Below, piece by piece: positions 11,413-23,500 of a stretch of 64,000 nt of DNA. Location of the stretch: assembly GCA_051530055.1 (NCBI GenBank), contig CM121343.1, positions 1,334,389 through 1,398,388 of the forward strand. Reading direction: 5' to 3'. The notes below the pieces were generated by a model that was given only the letters and a program-made list of their open reading frames with translations, was not told where the DNA came from and made no database searches. The stretch's first letter is position 1; the number at the start of each line of letters is the position of its first letter. The position numbers and the translations under genes are program-made. This DNA is from Neoechinorhynchus agilis. Its lineage: Eukaryota > Animalia > Acanthocephala.

Positions 11413-11689
11413 TTGACCATCAACTCGAAAAAGACGGAATTCTTGACGATTCCGCATGTCGCGCATACAGTCTCTGGCGAAGGGCCGAATGGCGTTTAGC
11501 AATTAAAACAGATAGAGCGGTATGTCTATCTGGGAGCTGTCGTTCCTGAGGTGAGTGCGGATGTCAGCCGACGGAGAGCTAAAGCTTGGAGAGCAATGGG
11601 GCAACTTAAGCCACTCTTTGACAGTGAGTCTTTGCCGGATGAACTCCGTTCGGAGCTGTTCAGGGCTCTAATTGAGAGCATTCTCATGA
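11413..11689 (+). mobile_element. LINE RT C-terminal fragment (mirror copy 34712-34988, minus strand)
   Basis: LTINSKKTEFL...YVYLGAVV...DVSRRRAKAWRAMGQLKPLFDS...RSELFRALIESILM, which is the region downstream of YADD. Confidence 0.8.
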
Positions 11690-11785
11690 CCTGATTTTAA
11701 GAGACGCGAATTGCCCGCATAACAGGACTGCTGTCGTGTACTTTAGGTCCCTTGCGGAGTCTAATTCTATCTGACGGGCTAATAC

Positions 11786-13100
11786 CTACGGTGCAACGTA
11801 GGAAAGTACCGTTGCATACATACAATCGATAAGTGTCACCCAATCCTCGATACTTAAGGAAGGGGGTTCGCATTTCTCGTGTAATAAACTCGCGGTTAGT
11901 TTAGTCGCTTCTTTGAGTGGGATGTTGGTGAATAATGATTTTATGTCTGCCGTCATAAACCATCGGTTTTTAGGGTCCACTGTCCTGATAATATTCCCTA
12001 GTTGTGCTCACCTCATTTTTGAAGAGAACACTGTGGTGCATTGTTTAATCGGTCTTTCAAGATCTCAGATATTCCATTCTTTAAAACGCGAATTCGCATT
12101 TTGATGCTCTCAGTGTTGTTGAAACATTCACACTTTGAATAAATGGATCGCTTTTTTAAATAAACCATATCAACAAAATCGCAATGTTTAGAAAGTAAGT
12201 CAGGCGATAGTTCAATCGTTTTTGACTGTTGCATATTAGTGAAGCTGGCGTTACCATCGGCCTTCAACATCCTGTATTGGTCGACGTTAAGTTTCTTGAT
12301 CTCGATCACAAAAGTTGGGCCGTTCATCAATGTACGAGCCGGAGATTTGTAGGATTGATTCTAACAAAGCATTAATCTTTTTTGATAAACTGTTATCGAA
12401 GCACATATAACTGAGTATAATTGGAAGTTATTGAATGATGGGTTTGTTAATCTTCGGAAGTAGATACAGGATTGTATAATTGTTGGCCTATAGGAGGCGG
12501 GTTCAATGGGTACCTAAGGGAAATGTTAAAGTTGGACTCTCTGTTTTGGGTTGAGTCTTTGACCATCCCTTAAATTTATCTCAGCTCACAAGTCGCAAAT
12601 CCGCGTTGTTATAATCTTCAACATCCACCGCCATTAAAATACTCCTTTGTTAGGTTTGCAAATCCTTATTGCAGACACTTTCTTAAGGGGCCTCGTAATA
12701 ATTATTGAGATCGTTTATATATAAACACGTTTTATTAATTTAAGAAGAACGATCCATACACTTGCCAGCATCTATCTTTGCTGAGGTGTCTGGATGTCGG
12801 ATGTTGAGGCAGGGAGGTGGGACTTGTCTTTGAAGGAGTTTTACAGGAGAATGACCGATTGGGAGTCTTTCCTTGTTCTCCGGTTTCCAGCTTTGCTATC
12901 ATAGGCAATTACGGAGCTCGTCAGATCTGGGTTTGTGTTTATCAATAGTTCTGCATCACATCTAATATTGATACCTCGTATATTCTTCATAAAGTAGTCT
13001 GATACTTTGCTTAGCAAACCCAATTCACTTGGGGAGAACCTATGCAAGCTTGAGGCCTTACAAATCTCTGCATCCAACATTATAAAAAAGAACAAAGCAA
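11786..13100 (-). mobile_element. Penelope-like element RT and N-terminal fragments (mirror copy ~33310-34615, plus strand)
   Basis: FMTADIKSLFTNIPLKEA is the PLE-type RT motif. FSPSELGLLSK is a PLE N-terminal helix also seen at 55520. Confidence 0.8.
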
Positions 13101-13489
13101 ACTTTAGCTCAAAACTACTTGTCAGTGACCTATAAAAAGTCCATGGAAAAGGCCATACAACGCCGGGAGTACGAGCGGACATGCGGCCCGCTTATCCGAG
13201 CCATACAATACCAAATAATATATGACAAAACCTTTTTAGTTGACTGATGAGATAAGACTTCCTCGCGAAATATTTGATAACTCGAATCCACAGTACTGAA
13301 GCGCAAAATCATCTCACGAAAGGGGTAGTGAGTACTGAAACGAAAACAAATTATGGATCGAAGCAGAAAGCAAATGACGAACATGTAGAAAACGGATTGC
13401 AGTCAGCACGCAACAGTCAGTTTTCAAACCAAAAAGGGACTCATTGAACCAACACCAAACCCATACCCTTCCATTCTGGATAGCTCGCA

Positions 13490-14154
13490 TGGGGAAATAC
13501 GACAATGATGAAAGTAAAATCGACGAAGTTCGGCAAAACATTACAGAACGTTTTCCAGATAGTCATGGAAGAGAATTCATCGGTAGCCAGCCGGTATCAA
13601 TGACAGTTAATAATATTGAAACATTGCGGCAGTTAAATTATCGAGTAAGCTAGAAGGCCGACGGAACCCGGTACTTGTTTTTCATTCGAGAGAAAAACGA
13701 AATTTATATGATCGACAGGCGCAATTCAATCTTCAAAGTTACCAATCTTACGTTTGTGACGAACCGTGGCACTACAGATCATTTTCGTCAGATTTTGCTT
13801 GATGGAGAGATGGTGGAAGATATCGTGGTGGTACACAGATTCGTCGATTCCTTATATTTGACATCCTGGCATTCAACGGGCATTTTGCTGTAAGGAACTT
13901 AATTATGTCAAACGATCGGAACTCATATGGAGGGAGATTATGCAGCCTCGATGTCGTGCTATTATCGAATACAAAACTATAGACCGAAGTCGAGAGCCTT
14001 TTCGGATTCAAAAGAAGGATTTTGCGATCTCAGGTTCAATAAAAAAATTTTGAATGAAATGTTCCAAAATGACCTCCTTCAAGCAGACGGTCTTAAATTT
14101 CAGCCCGTTGATATGCCGTATATTTTTGGCACCTTCGACAAGCTGCTAAAATAA
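13490..14154 (+). pseudogene. RNGTT: mRNA capping enzyme guanylyltransferase-domain pseudogene, copy A
   Basis: FIGSQPVSM...YRVS*KADGTRYLFFI...YMIDRRNSIFKV...LLDGEMVED matches metazoan FPGAQPVSM..YKVSWKADGTRY..FMIDRDNSVF..LLDGEMI. TGG has become TAG just before motif I (KADG at 13654-13665), and frameshifts follow. Confidence 0.9.
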
Positions 14155-14889
14155 GGCATCAATTGGTAAATTTCAATTATGTATGGGTGTTAAATTTTCT
14201 TTTGCCAGTAATAATCACAAAAATTCATCTTATCGTTTATAGAAAAATCCAAAACCCGTCAGATCAATAGTATGAATGATTTTTGGACCATAAAAACTAA
14301 AATAAAGGATTTATGTTTTACCTCTTAGAATAAACTGAAAATAATTTAGTATAAAATTGAGTGGTTTTCTTTGTGAAACAATAGATTTTTCAAGAAAGTC
14401 AATCGAATTGCATTTGTGATTAATATTGAAAATATGCGTTTTTAAAGGCGCTAAGAGATAAACAAATGGCGAAGTAAAGGATAAAATATTATTATTTTTG
14501 ATTGCACTAAAGATCAAGAATTCGACAAAATGTATGAGCGCGAATTTTTTAGTTAAAAAGTTCTTTGTACAAATAGTTCATCAATTCTGACATTCATAAG
14601 TTTCCATTTCCAGTCGATGAAATTTTGGTTGGAATAGTGATCACAAGGGGTTAAAGAGGTAAGTGAAGGTTTTTGTAAATTACGCCATTCAGCCAGCAAT
14701 TTAATTCAAAATATCCATAAAGTAGTAACAAATCCGCCGTTTTTCAATATTAGTGATAACCATAAGACTCTTAATGATGACCATGGAATCTAGTAACCAT
14801 GAAAGGGTTACGAAAAAGTGTTAATGGCATGGACATCCTGTTATTTAGGACTATTTCACGCGAGTTAGCCGTTGATATATAAAGACAAT

Positions 14890-15830
14890 CTCTTACTTAT
14901 CTATAAAAGAAGTATCATTATTAAATCTTTTCTACAGAGAGAAAATTCTTTCAAAATGATATAAACTACCTCGGTAATTGATTCAATTTGTTATTTAGGT
15001 CTTCACCAGATAGAGAATATTTTATTACGGACGTTTGGTACCTCTTCGGTTTTATCATCAGTTCCACAAACAAGGGGTACATTAGTTGTTCTTGTTAAAC
15101 GCAACATTCGACGCTGCTGCCCTTCTCTGCATCTTGGTCCGCGTGTGTTCAGCCAATCTCGTCTTAAAATTCCGGCTTGTCTGACCGATTTATTTGCGCC
15201 CTCTTTTCTGTCTCCTTGTATTTTCGGGAAATGAGATTTTCTATCCTCATGAACGGTCGAAAGTAAAATTCGCATTTTATTTTCATACCGCTGCTAGTGA
15301 TTGTCTTCGAGATTTTGTGTCGATAAATGTTGGTCTGTGAACAACTTTCCGTCAATCCAATTCGCATTTCTGTTCGATTCGGAATCACAGTCGTTTCGCT
15401 TCGACTGGTTTATCTCCCTTGGCCTTTCTTGGATATCCCAACTTGCTAAAAATTCGCTCTTATCGCTAGAGTTCGTATCTGAGGCATTTCACACTGCAGA
15501 GGCTGAAGGTTGGACGCACAATGCCATTGAAAATGTCCTTTTTTGTTCTTGTTATGGGCACTAACCCAAAGTGAATAATTGTTCATTTCCGTGGACTTTT
15601 TATAAACTGAAGTGATCATTCGTGTATCCAGAAATGGTAATCCCCTATTCAGGTCAGGCCTAGTTCAAAAATAACGATTGAAAGTCTCAAAGAAGTTTGC
15701 GATTGCGGACTTGTTGCTGAGCAATGAGAAGCACAAATGAAAGTACCACAAAGTTCGATTGGTCGCAATAATTTCTTGGATAATGATGTATGAGAATTTC
15801 ATCCATCTGAAATTGGAATCAAAGAATAAT
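14890..15830 (-). mobile_element. PLE RT-thumb/linker fragment within a 4-copy module
   Basis: PFLDTRMITSVYKKSTEMNNY resembles the PLE thumb LPFLD...VYRKPT.T..Y. Copies: ~30830-31510 (-, internally deleted), ~40780-41710 (-), ~54020-54780 (+). Confidence 0.7.
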
Positions 15831-15971
15831 TCATTCTTTGATATAGTTTTCCCCACCGCCACAGTACAATAAGAAAACGTTTTATTGTTCGAAGTTAGCT
15901 TTTTTGCATATTTCACTCATTAAAAGTTATCAAAATGATTTTTATGAGTGTTGTTTAGGTCTTGGCCTTTT

Positions 15972-16112
15972 AAATAACTTTTTATTAGCTTTTTCGAACC
16001 TCACCGGGTTTAATCATTAGTTTCTTTGTAAGTTTTTCCAATCGCGAAAACTTACAAACAAACTGATTGTGAACCCGACGAGGTTCGAAACGCCATTAAT
16101 AAAAAATTATTT
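15972..16112. ncRNA. Fold-back palindrome with two head-to-head hammerhead-like motifs
   Basis: Right arm: CTGATTG-T-GAACC-cgacga-GGTTC-GAAA-CGCC (16063-16094). Left arm on the minus strand: CTAATGA..AAACC-cggtga-GGTTC-GAAA. A perfect inner IR tttgtaagtttt/aaaacttacaaa is present. Confidence 0.6.
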
Positions 16113-16153
16113 GCCGGGCCAACACCTAAGCAACACTTCTAATCATATAACCC

Positions 16154-16414
16154 AATCCGAAAAGGCTCTCGACTTCGGTTATAGTTTTATGTTCGATAAT
16201 AGCACGACAACGAGGTTGCATAATCTCCCTCCAACTGAGTTCCGATCGTTTGTCATAATTAAGTTCCTTACAGGCAGAATGCGCGTTGAATGCCAGGATG
16301 TCAAATTTAAGGAATCTAGGAATCTGTGTACCACCCACGACATCCTCCACAATCTCCCCATCAAGCAAAGTCTGAGGAAGATGATCTGTAGTGCCACGGT
16401 TCGTCACAAACGTA
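16154..16414 (-). pseudogene. RNGTT: Guanylyltransferase fragment, copy C (lacks motif I)
   Basis: QTLLDGEIVEDVVGGTQIPRFLKFDILAFN...WREIMQPRCRAI corresponds to motifs III/IIIa. Confidence 0.85.
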
Positions 16415-16859
16415 TGTAAACAATGGAAGCCAGCCGATTCTCTTTAAAACTACACTCGTTTTTTAACTAGCATAAACCGATATGAATTATCGGACTTCGC
16501 TGTCGCATTTAAAAGCTAGATTAGAGCGATTTTGAAATTCCCGAAAAATTGTAAATCTTCTTCTTGGTGAACAATCAAACCTGTAATATTCCTCGTTTTC
16601 TAATACTTCCACACGGAAACGATGTATTCACTTAGTCAACATGAATCTCTCATAACCGATCGAGCCGAGAATTGTGCGATCATCATATTTTTTAGCGGAC
16701 TTGAAATAGTGATTGGAATTGAAAGACCGATTAAATAATGCAACACCAAGCAGTGTTCTCTTCAAAAATTAGGTAAGCATCAATTGGGAATATATTCACG
16801 ATCTAATATTAAATTCAAAGATAAATCTCGAAATGTATTTTGACTATATCATTCGTGTG

Positions 16860-17950
16860 TGTGATAAAAGTCGTACTATTACAATTAAAAAGCCGAATTC
16901 ATAGATTGTACAAGAAAACAACTCCGTCGACCACGATTACTTTGACGAAGATTTTGAAAATGTAGAGCCAATTCCAAATACAACAGGTAAGTTTAAAATA
17001 TGCTTTAAATAAAAATTAATCAAATCTTTTTAGACGACGACCAAGAAGACATTGCAGATGAAAACTCATTTGAAGATTTGCATAGCGATTCCAGTAATGA
17101 CTGGTTAGGAATGGATAATTGATATAACCAAACACATCGAACCATACCATCAAGTTATATCGATTATGTTGTTATCGCTGAAACTTCAACCGCTATCGAT
17201 TGCAGTTCAAAAGACTTTGGCAACTATTCCGATGGAACTATAGAAGGAAGAATGCGGCCAGTACGATTATATAAAAACAAAATCGACCAAAATATAAGAT
17301 TCGAAGACAGTTGGGAAAAATGCTCTCTTCGTCCGAGGAATACGACGGAAAATATATTGAAGTAACTGAGTTGAAGCCACCAGGCGCTTTATCTACTTTC
17401 AGAAGCTACGAACGGGCACATATTTCGTGGATAAGACTAATGAAACAAAAGGAGGAAGACGATAAACATACCGATTGGTCCCACGATACTAAGAAATGCC
17501 GCGATTATGATTGGAGAATTTTTCAACAGCGGTGCAAATAGGAAAATCGAACAATTACAGCTTTTCGAGTTTGATTGGAAAATTCTATTTGGGGAATCAG
17601 ATTTGCAAGAAGCAGAAGTGGAAGAAGCAGAAAATTCATTATCAGTAAATGATGATAAATCTGATGGCAGCGAAGAATCTCCAGTGCAGAAACAATTGTG
17701 ATTCGTTCATTCGACCATTACGCCAAGACGGCAGCTAAGTTATCAAGAACGATGGCGTAAACGTTGACGAAGCTTGCTACGAAACCAGTAAAAATATATA
17801 GCGTTGAAAATGATAAGGATAAACAAATAAATATTTGTAAGTCGTACCTCGACACAAATATTTGGAATGATAGTGCATTTTTTTGGCAACCCAGAAATTC
17901 CAAGTATAACTCAAATAATGCCAACAACACAAAAATCTTTGAATGATACA
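16860..17950 (+). pseudogene. Intron-containing acidic orphan coding remnant (second copy ~43320-44400)
   Basis: A canonical 47-nt intron AG|gtaagt...tttttag at 16987-17033 (43437-43483) joins DEDFENVEPIPNTT to DDQEDIADENSFED. Several stops occur downstream. Confidence 0.5.
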
Positions 17951-18521
17951 TTTTCGTGCTTTCGCTTAATGGACGAATGATTTTATGCAGGCTGCCAGCT
18001 TTACAAGCAGGTTAAATCATAGCTTCGTGGTTCGTTTATTATTTTAGTTTTGAAAATTTATGTTGAATTTTCATTTATTTCATTGCATCAAGCTATCTTA
18101 AAGCATTAATAATTATCTCAATTAGAAGAAGATTTATCGATAAATTCAAATCGTTTTCTTCGTTCAATATGGTTTCAATTAAATGCTTGGAAAGAGGAGA
18201 GATATTGGATAACGATTTCCAGACAATTTTCGTTCGCGTTGCATCCTTGTAAAAATCTAATGAAATCCTAGCAAGAAATTTTTCAATTAAATCGAGGGTG
18301 GAAATTTCCGACCAACTTACATCATGAGATCTCAAATTGAAGCTGTGTTTTTGGTGTATTTTTGAAAGTAAAATCTGATGCCTCCACATATTTCGGAACA
18401 TCACGTGCATGGTTTCCTCAATGAAAAGTAGTCAATCAGCATGCGCCAATTACCTGTCTTTGTAAAAACATAGAATTTTAATGCTAAAGTAGTTGTAACG
18501 TATTAACAACAACTAAGTCGC

Positions 18522-19814
18522 TCACTGATACGTCGATTTAAGTCAATTTTTTAAGTTGACAACGTTTTCAGTCAGTGTCCGTTTAACTTGAGCGCTGTTT
18601 CGTCGATGCAAAATTGCGCTCCTTTCATCCAACAGATCAACTTTAATTCGGACATGTCCAGTTTAAGGTTTGTACCTACTATCCCCTCCCTGAGTGATTG
18701 CGAGGTTTTGAGTGATTGTGCACAAGTTTCCCAAGGGGATCAAATGTAACATTCTATTGACGCATCAAAGTTTAAGCGTCCGGTTAGAAAAGAAGACTTT
18801 GTTATTAAAATTCCCAAAGAAGCCATGAGTACTAAATCCCCCTCGTATTTTTCGCGTAATTACTACGAGAAGTACCTACAGCCTAATGGTCGAGAGAAGT
18901 CGATGAATTTTCTGATTAAGAGGTTCTCGGTGACTAAATTCCACATTCTATTTGCCTTCTTCGACGTGGCAGGCAAAGACCTCTTTTCTAAGATGTTGGG
19001 GGAGTTAAGCATACAGTCTATTGACCTTTCCCGTAGAGTCACCTTTCTTATGAGGAATCCTCCTCAAGACCTGGATTCTGTTGACTTTCGCAAAATTGAG
19101 GATGAGTTAGGAATTAAACTGGTTAAATATTTGTTTTGACCCAATGCCACTTCCGCCTACGCCATCAATGTTCAGCCACAATCAATGTCGCCGAGAGTTT
19201 GGCTAACTCCGGCAGGGGCTTCTTTTCATACTGGGTCACTTTCGACCGATATAAGGACTTTCTCTATGACTATAATTTGATAATCTGTCAGAAGTGTTCT
19301 AGATGGGGGCACCACGAATCGGACTGTGTATTTCCCTCCAGATGCATCTTTTGTGCAGGTCCTCACCACAAATCATCTTGCTCTCACTCCGATTCTGCCA
19401 CTTGTGCAAACTGTGGCAAGAGTCATCCGGCCTTTGAACGTTCTTGCAAGTTCGTGCAAAAATACCTTGACGATTCCTTATCATCGAAGCAGCGGGTCTA
19501 CTATAATAAAAATAATAGAGAAATCTATCCTCACAAAACTCCTCTCTATCCGGACGGCTTTTCCTCAAAGGAGTTGAAGACTCAATCTTCCTATCATGGT
19601 CACAACTCTAAGCTTCCCCATAAACCTCCGGAAAAATCTTTTTTTGATAGTTTAGTATCTTCCCGCTCGACTTCTCCACTTGGTACCGGTAAAGAAGTTT
19701 CCTTTCTTTAGGACATCCTTACTTGGATTCTTTATGCTGGAACGCATAAACTAAAGAATTAAGGGACTGATTTGTGTGTTTGTTTGTATGAGGCGTGAGT
19801 TTTAATAGTAATAT
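18522..19814 (+). mobile_element. ORF1-only non-autonomous LINE derivative with 11-bp TSD
   Basis: TSD aactaagtcgc at 18511-18521 and 19815-19825, with an empty site at ~46529-46539. ORF1 (18825-19711) has three knuckles (CQKCSRWGHHESDC, CIFCAGPHHKSSC, CANCGKSHPAFERSC), one stop and one frameshift. No ORF2 is present. Confidence 0.85.
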
Positions 19815-20270
19815 AACTAAGTCGCTTGTTCCGAAACGAATTTTCACGCCTCATTAGTTGTGTGTCATCAATTTTACGGTTCAATCGACAGATAAAAATC
19901 GACCTCTTTGACACGTATCGGTATTTCAACCGTAGACTCAATCCGTTAGTGATATCGTTTGTAACGTCTCGATAAGTGTCGAAAGCGACACAGTAAAGAA
20001 TTCCCCAATCAGAATGTTGCAAGTCAGCGGGGTTTTAGTGATATGAAATGTCATAAAATTTGCAGAAATTGCGTTAATTTTTATTTGGGATTATTTAAAA
20101 ATCACCAGTCATTCGAAGCGCTGCGGCAGGTTTATAGAAACATTTTGCTTTTAAGTTACTTATCTTTTTCGTAGATAATTAGAAGACCTGATAAAGAAAG
20201 TAAAGCCTCCAAAATCTCGACTAACCGTAGTTTCCTAATTTTAGATAGTTCAGAGCTACAGATTTGAAGT

Positions 20271-21015
20271 ATGACGACAAGACAACCATTCGGGATAAGG
20301 GCACCACCAATCGAGGAAAGCGCACAATTCCTGCGGAACTACATCTCTGGTCAAGCCAATAGTTTCAGTCATCCAGATCCACCAACGTTCGACATTATTC
20401 AACAAGGGCACCAAATATATAATCCCTTCGATGATGATTTTTACCTCGATCGAGAAGTCGAAAAAATTTTGGAAAACGCAGAAGATAATACTATAAATAA
20501 TTGTGCACCTTCGCCGGTTTTGAAAATTGCTCATTTACTCATTACGATAAGGAGCCCGAAAACGAAGGATACTTCTAAACTCCACCAGGTTTCGAGAACG
20601 TGACTTTTGATGATTACGATTCTCGATCAGGAATGGACGAATATGGCTCACCTGTTCTCTATTTTGAGAATCCGGCCTTTAATCACGAGGAGTCATGGAA
20701 TGGAAACGAAGATTACTACGAGTCGTTTCTCGATTTTCAGGAATCAACCGTTATATTTAATGAGTCGTCGTTGGAATTCGAAAAATACAGCGAGTTTTTC
20801 ACTTTATTTAGTGAAATCGAGTCAAAAGAACCTCAAGGTCCTTATGTACGCCCAGCGACTTGCAAGATAATAGATTTGCAAGACAGTAGCACGCAAACGG
20901 AGCCGAATATCGTATCGAAACCTTAGAATGGATTGACAACAATAAATAATATTATTGATGCCGTTTACCAAGTAGCCGTTACGGCATTCAACTACTTCAG
21001 AATGATATTTTTCTG
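20271..21015 (+). pseudogene. Orphan acidic/aromatic ORF, copy 1 (internal deletion, frameshift, W-to-stop)
   Basis: Compared with 46987-47842: a deletion between two PPGF-coding repeats, and ccttag here versus ccttgg. Confidence 0.7.
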
Positions 21016-21412
21016 ACCATTCAAAGTTAAGTATCGATTATTAATAAAATGTGCTAGTTTTGTAACTGTTCGTGAAATTAAAAATATTTCATATTCGAAC
21101 AAGGCCTTGGCTCATTAGCACTTATACAATCATACAAATCCTTGGGAGCACTTGGTTTTTATATCACACTATTTCTTTATTTGTGGTACCCAATCCTCCA
21201 ATGTTCTAAATTTGAATTAGTGAGAGCGTTGGTAAGTGTGTACGCGAATTTAGAGGTCAGGTCAGAGATCGACGAAGCACTCCAGAATCTCTAAACACCT
21301 TTTATTTCTAGACCAAACTTCGTTGTCCTATGCGCGTAAATCTTTTCGATAAACATTCTGATATGACTCTTTCCCTTAACAGAACGAGATTTTAAAATAA
21401 AATTTGTTTTAA

Positions 21413-22260
21413 ATGAGGTGTAAGGACTGTCAATATGCGAAGGCCACGGAACCAGAACATCCAATATTCAATTTCGAAGTGCCTGGCAAGTCTTGGAATA
21501 GACTATATGTTAACTTTACAGGTCCGCGTGATGGCGTTTCGAATTTGATAATGATTTCCTCATTAACGAAATGGGCTGAAGTGATATCAATGACAAGTAT
21601 GACAGCCGAGGCAGTTATCAAGGAAATGAGGGATGTATTCGGTCGATTAGGCATTCCCGAGAAGTTAGCATTAGCTCAAATCAATTTCGACGAATCCTGG
21701 ATGGGAATAAACCCCTATCATCCAAGATCGAATGGACTTGCTAAACGTTTCGTACAAACGTTTACAAATTTAGTAATCAAATCTTAACGTCATTCCAATA
21801 GATCTTTGAAATTCCAACATGTAATGGAAATGATTATTCTTTCCGCGCTAAACTTACCACTCTACTCCACTTACCATTTGACGTGCGTTTACTTTGCTGT
21901 AATTAAAACGCATTTCATTGCTTCAACACATTCATTGTTACGCCACACTACAGTTCTTGATATCATACCGCAATACACCCTAGGCAAAAACGGGAAAAAA
22001 CCGGCCCGAGTGAAACCCTTCAATAAAAGCGCGACATATAGAAAGCGCCGTGAATAGAAGGACAGACATGACATTCAAGCGAAACAAAGAACGTTTGACG
22101 TTGGAGATCTTGTGTGCTATAAGAGGAACGATTCGTCCGGTTGGATTAAAGCAAACGTCGATAAAAGGAGTAAAAACAATAAGATTCAGTATCCCATCGA
22201 TCAAGTCAATACGCTTCTTTTCCCGGCAACTTACAAGCAATTGAATTCCTCGGATATTTT
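21413..22260 (+). mobile_element. Ty3/Gypsy integrase fragments
   Basis: CKDCQ...WNRLYVNFTGP...VFGRLGIPE...PYHPRSNGLAKRFVQTF (21413-21787), then a C-terminal FDVGDLVCYK piece near 22090-22260. Confidence 0.85.
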
Positions 22261-23500
22261 AAAACTTACAATCAAAGATGCCGAGGCCAAATCGCGCAAC
22301 CACCAAGCTCGTTCCCTGCGACATGGACGATTGCCCTGTTACAACTCAAATATGCGTCTCAGCTACTTGGGCAGCAGGCCGGAAATTTATTTGTGGTTTC
22401 TGTGCAGCCGCCTTGCTCAAACCTTGTTCTCCGGTTTCCCCCTTCCCAATAAGTACGCAAACCCTAACCGCTCCCAAACCCCACCTAATCTGCCATCACC
22501 GTGCAACCATTCTCCTTTACAAAGCCTCCGATCCCACATCAACACCCCTTCAAAAACCAGTTCTACCTCCCTTGCCTTCAATATCCGTCATCCATACACC
22601 GTTTAGCAAAAAATTTTCCATAAATAAAAAACGTGTTTATATAATCACGAGAATGTGAATTCCAGGGCTCATAGCGACCAATTAAGACGCTTAATATCAA
22701 GCCATTCACTGATAGGTTAAAACAAAGAAGCGAAAGAGAAAACGGAATGGAGGCCGGAAGCAATAGATAGAGATTCCAGGAAATGACAAAATATGAAAAA
22801 ACGACAGCATCCACTTCTATCAAAAACCAACCAAGAAGAAATTAACGAAATCGAAAACGTCCTGGGAGACCTTATGAAGAATATCTTAAGGGGTAGGAAG
22901 AGGCGAAACTTAGTGGCACATTGAAGATTCCAATGGAACTCAGCAGAAAACTTTACTTGAAGACAACTAAAAGAGAAACCAAGCGCTTAAATCCAAAGCG
23001 AACTCAACAAATCGCAGCGCAAGAAAAGGCTCAGAAAGACTGAAACGAATCGAATTTAGAAAAAAGCTAAAAAAACAACAACAAGGAGATACCTGCAATC
23101 AAATGAGATCGAGAACTTACATCAAAGTCGGAAATGTCGCAGGAACGGAGAAGTCTGATCAACGCCCACATCGCCAATAGCGGCAGCACCTGAGAATCTA
23201 ATGGAAACCAAGAGCATTCAACTTGCCAAAGAGATACAAAAAACAAATGGGCAAGATCGTTGCTGTGTCGTTTGGAAAAAAGCGTAATTCCTAGGTTTAT
23301 GCTGCGCTTACGTGGGATCCTTCGATTTACATGGAACTCCGTTTTAAAATGTAAACTGATTGCTATTAAATAAAAACTCTCTCTGAGTATACAAATTCTG
23401 ACGTTTTACAATTTTATTAAAACGCAAACACAATAAAGTTCAAGTAAAATAAGACATTCTTACAAAACAAAAACTTTTCTAGGTTTTACAATTGCTTCAT

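Larger units (their letters stand above)
10088..15257. repeat. Left arm of a 5.2-kb inverted repeat (partner 31152-36314)
   Basis: The reverse-complement match runs from ataagtctactttaggcg (10088/36314) to catgaacggt (15257/31152). Paired ORFs have constant coordinate sums of 46401-46409. Confidence 0.97.
16154..21140 (+). repeat. ~5-kb segment directly duplicated at 42604-47960, with different insertions in each copy
   Basis: Identical ORFs at 17311/43760, near-identical ORFs at 20271/46987, and a shared 47-nt intron. Confidence 0.93.

Noticed and set aside
13244-13275. CTGATGA...GAAATATT hammerhead candidate
   Set aside because: The intervening sequence does not form a helix II closing next to GAAA, so it is probably a chance match.
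13490-14154. Functional capping enzyme gene
   Set aside because: Stop codon immediately before the catalytic KADG, frameshifts downstream, and no recognisable triphosphatase or OB domain.
22300-22420. PHD finger (CDMDDC...ICGFC)
   Set aside because: The required His and spacing are missing; too weak to call.
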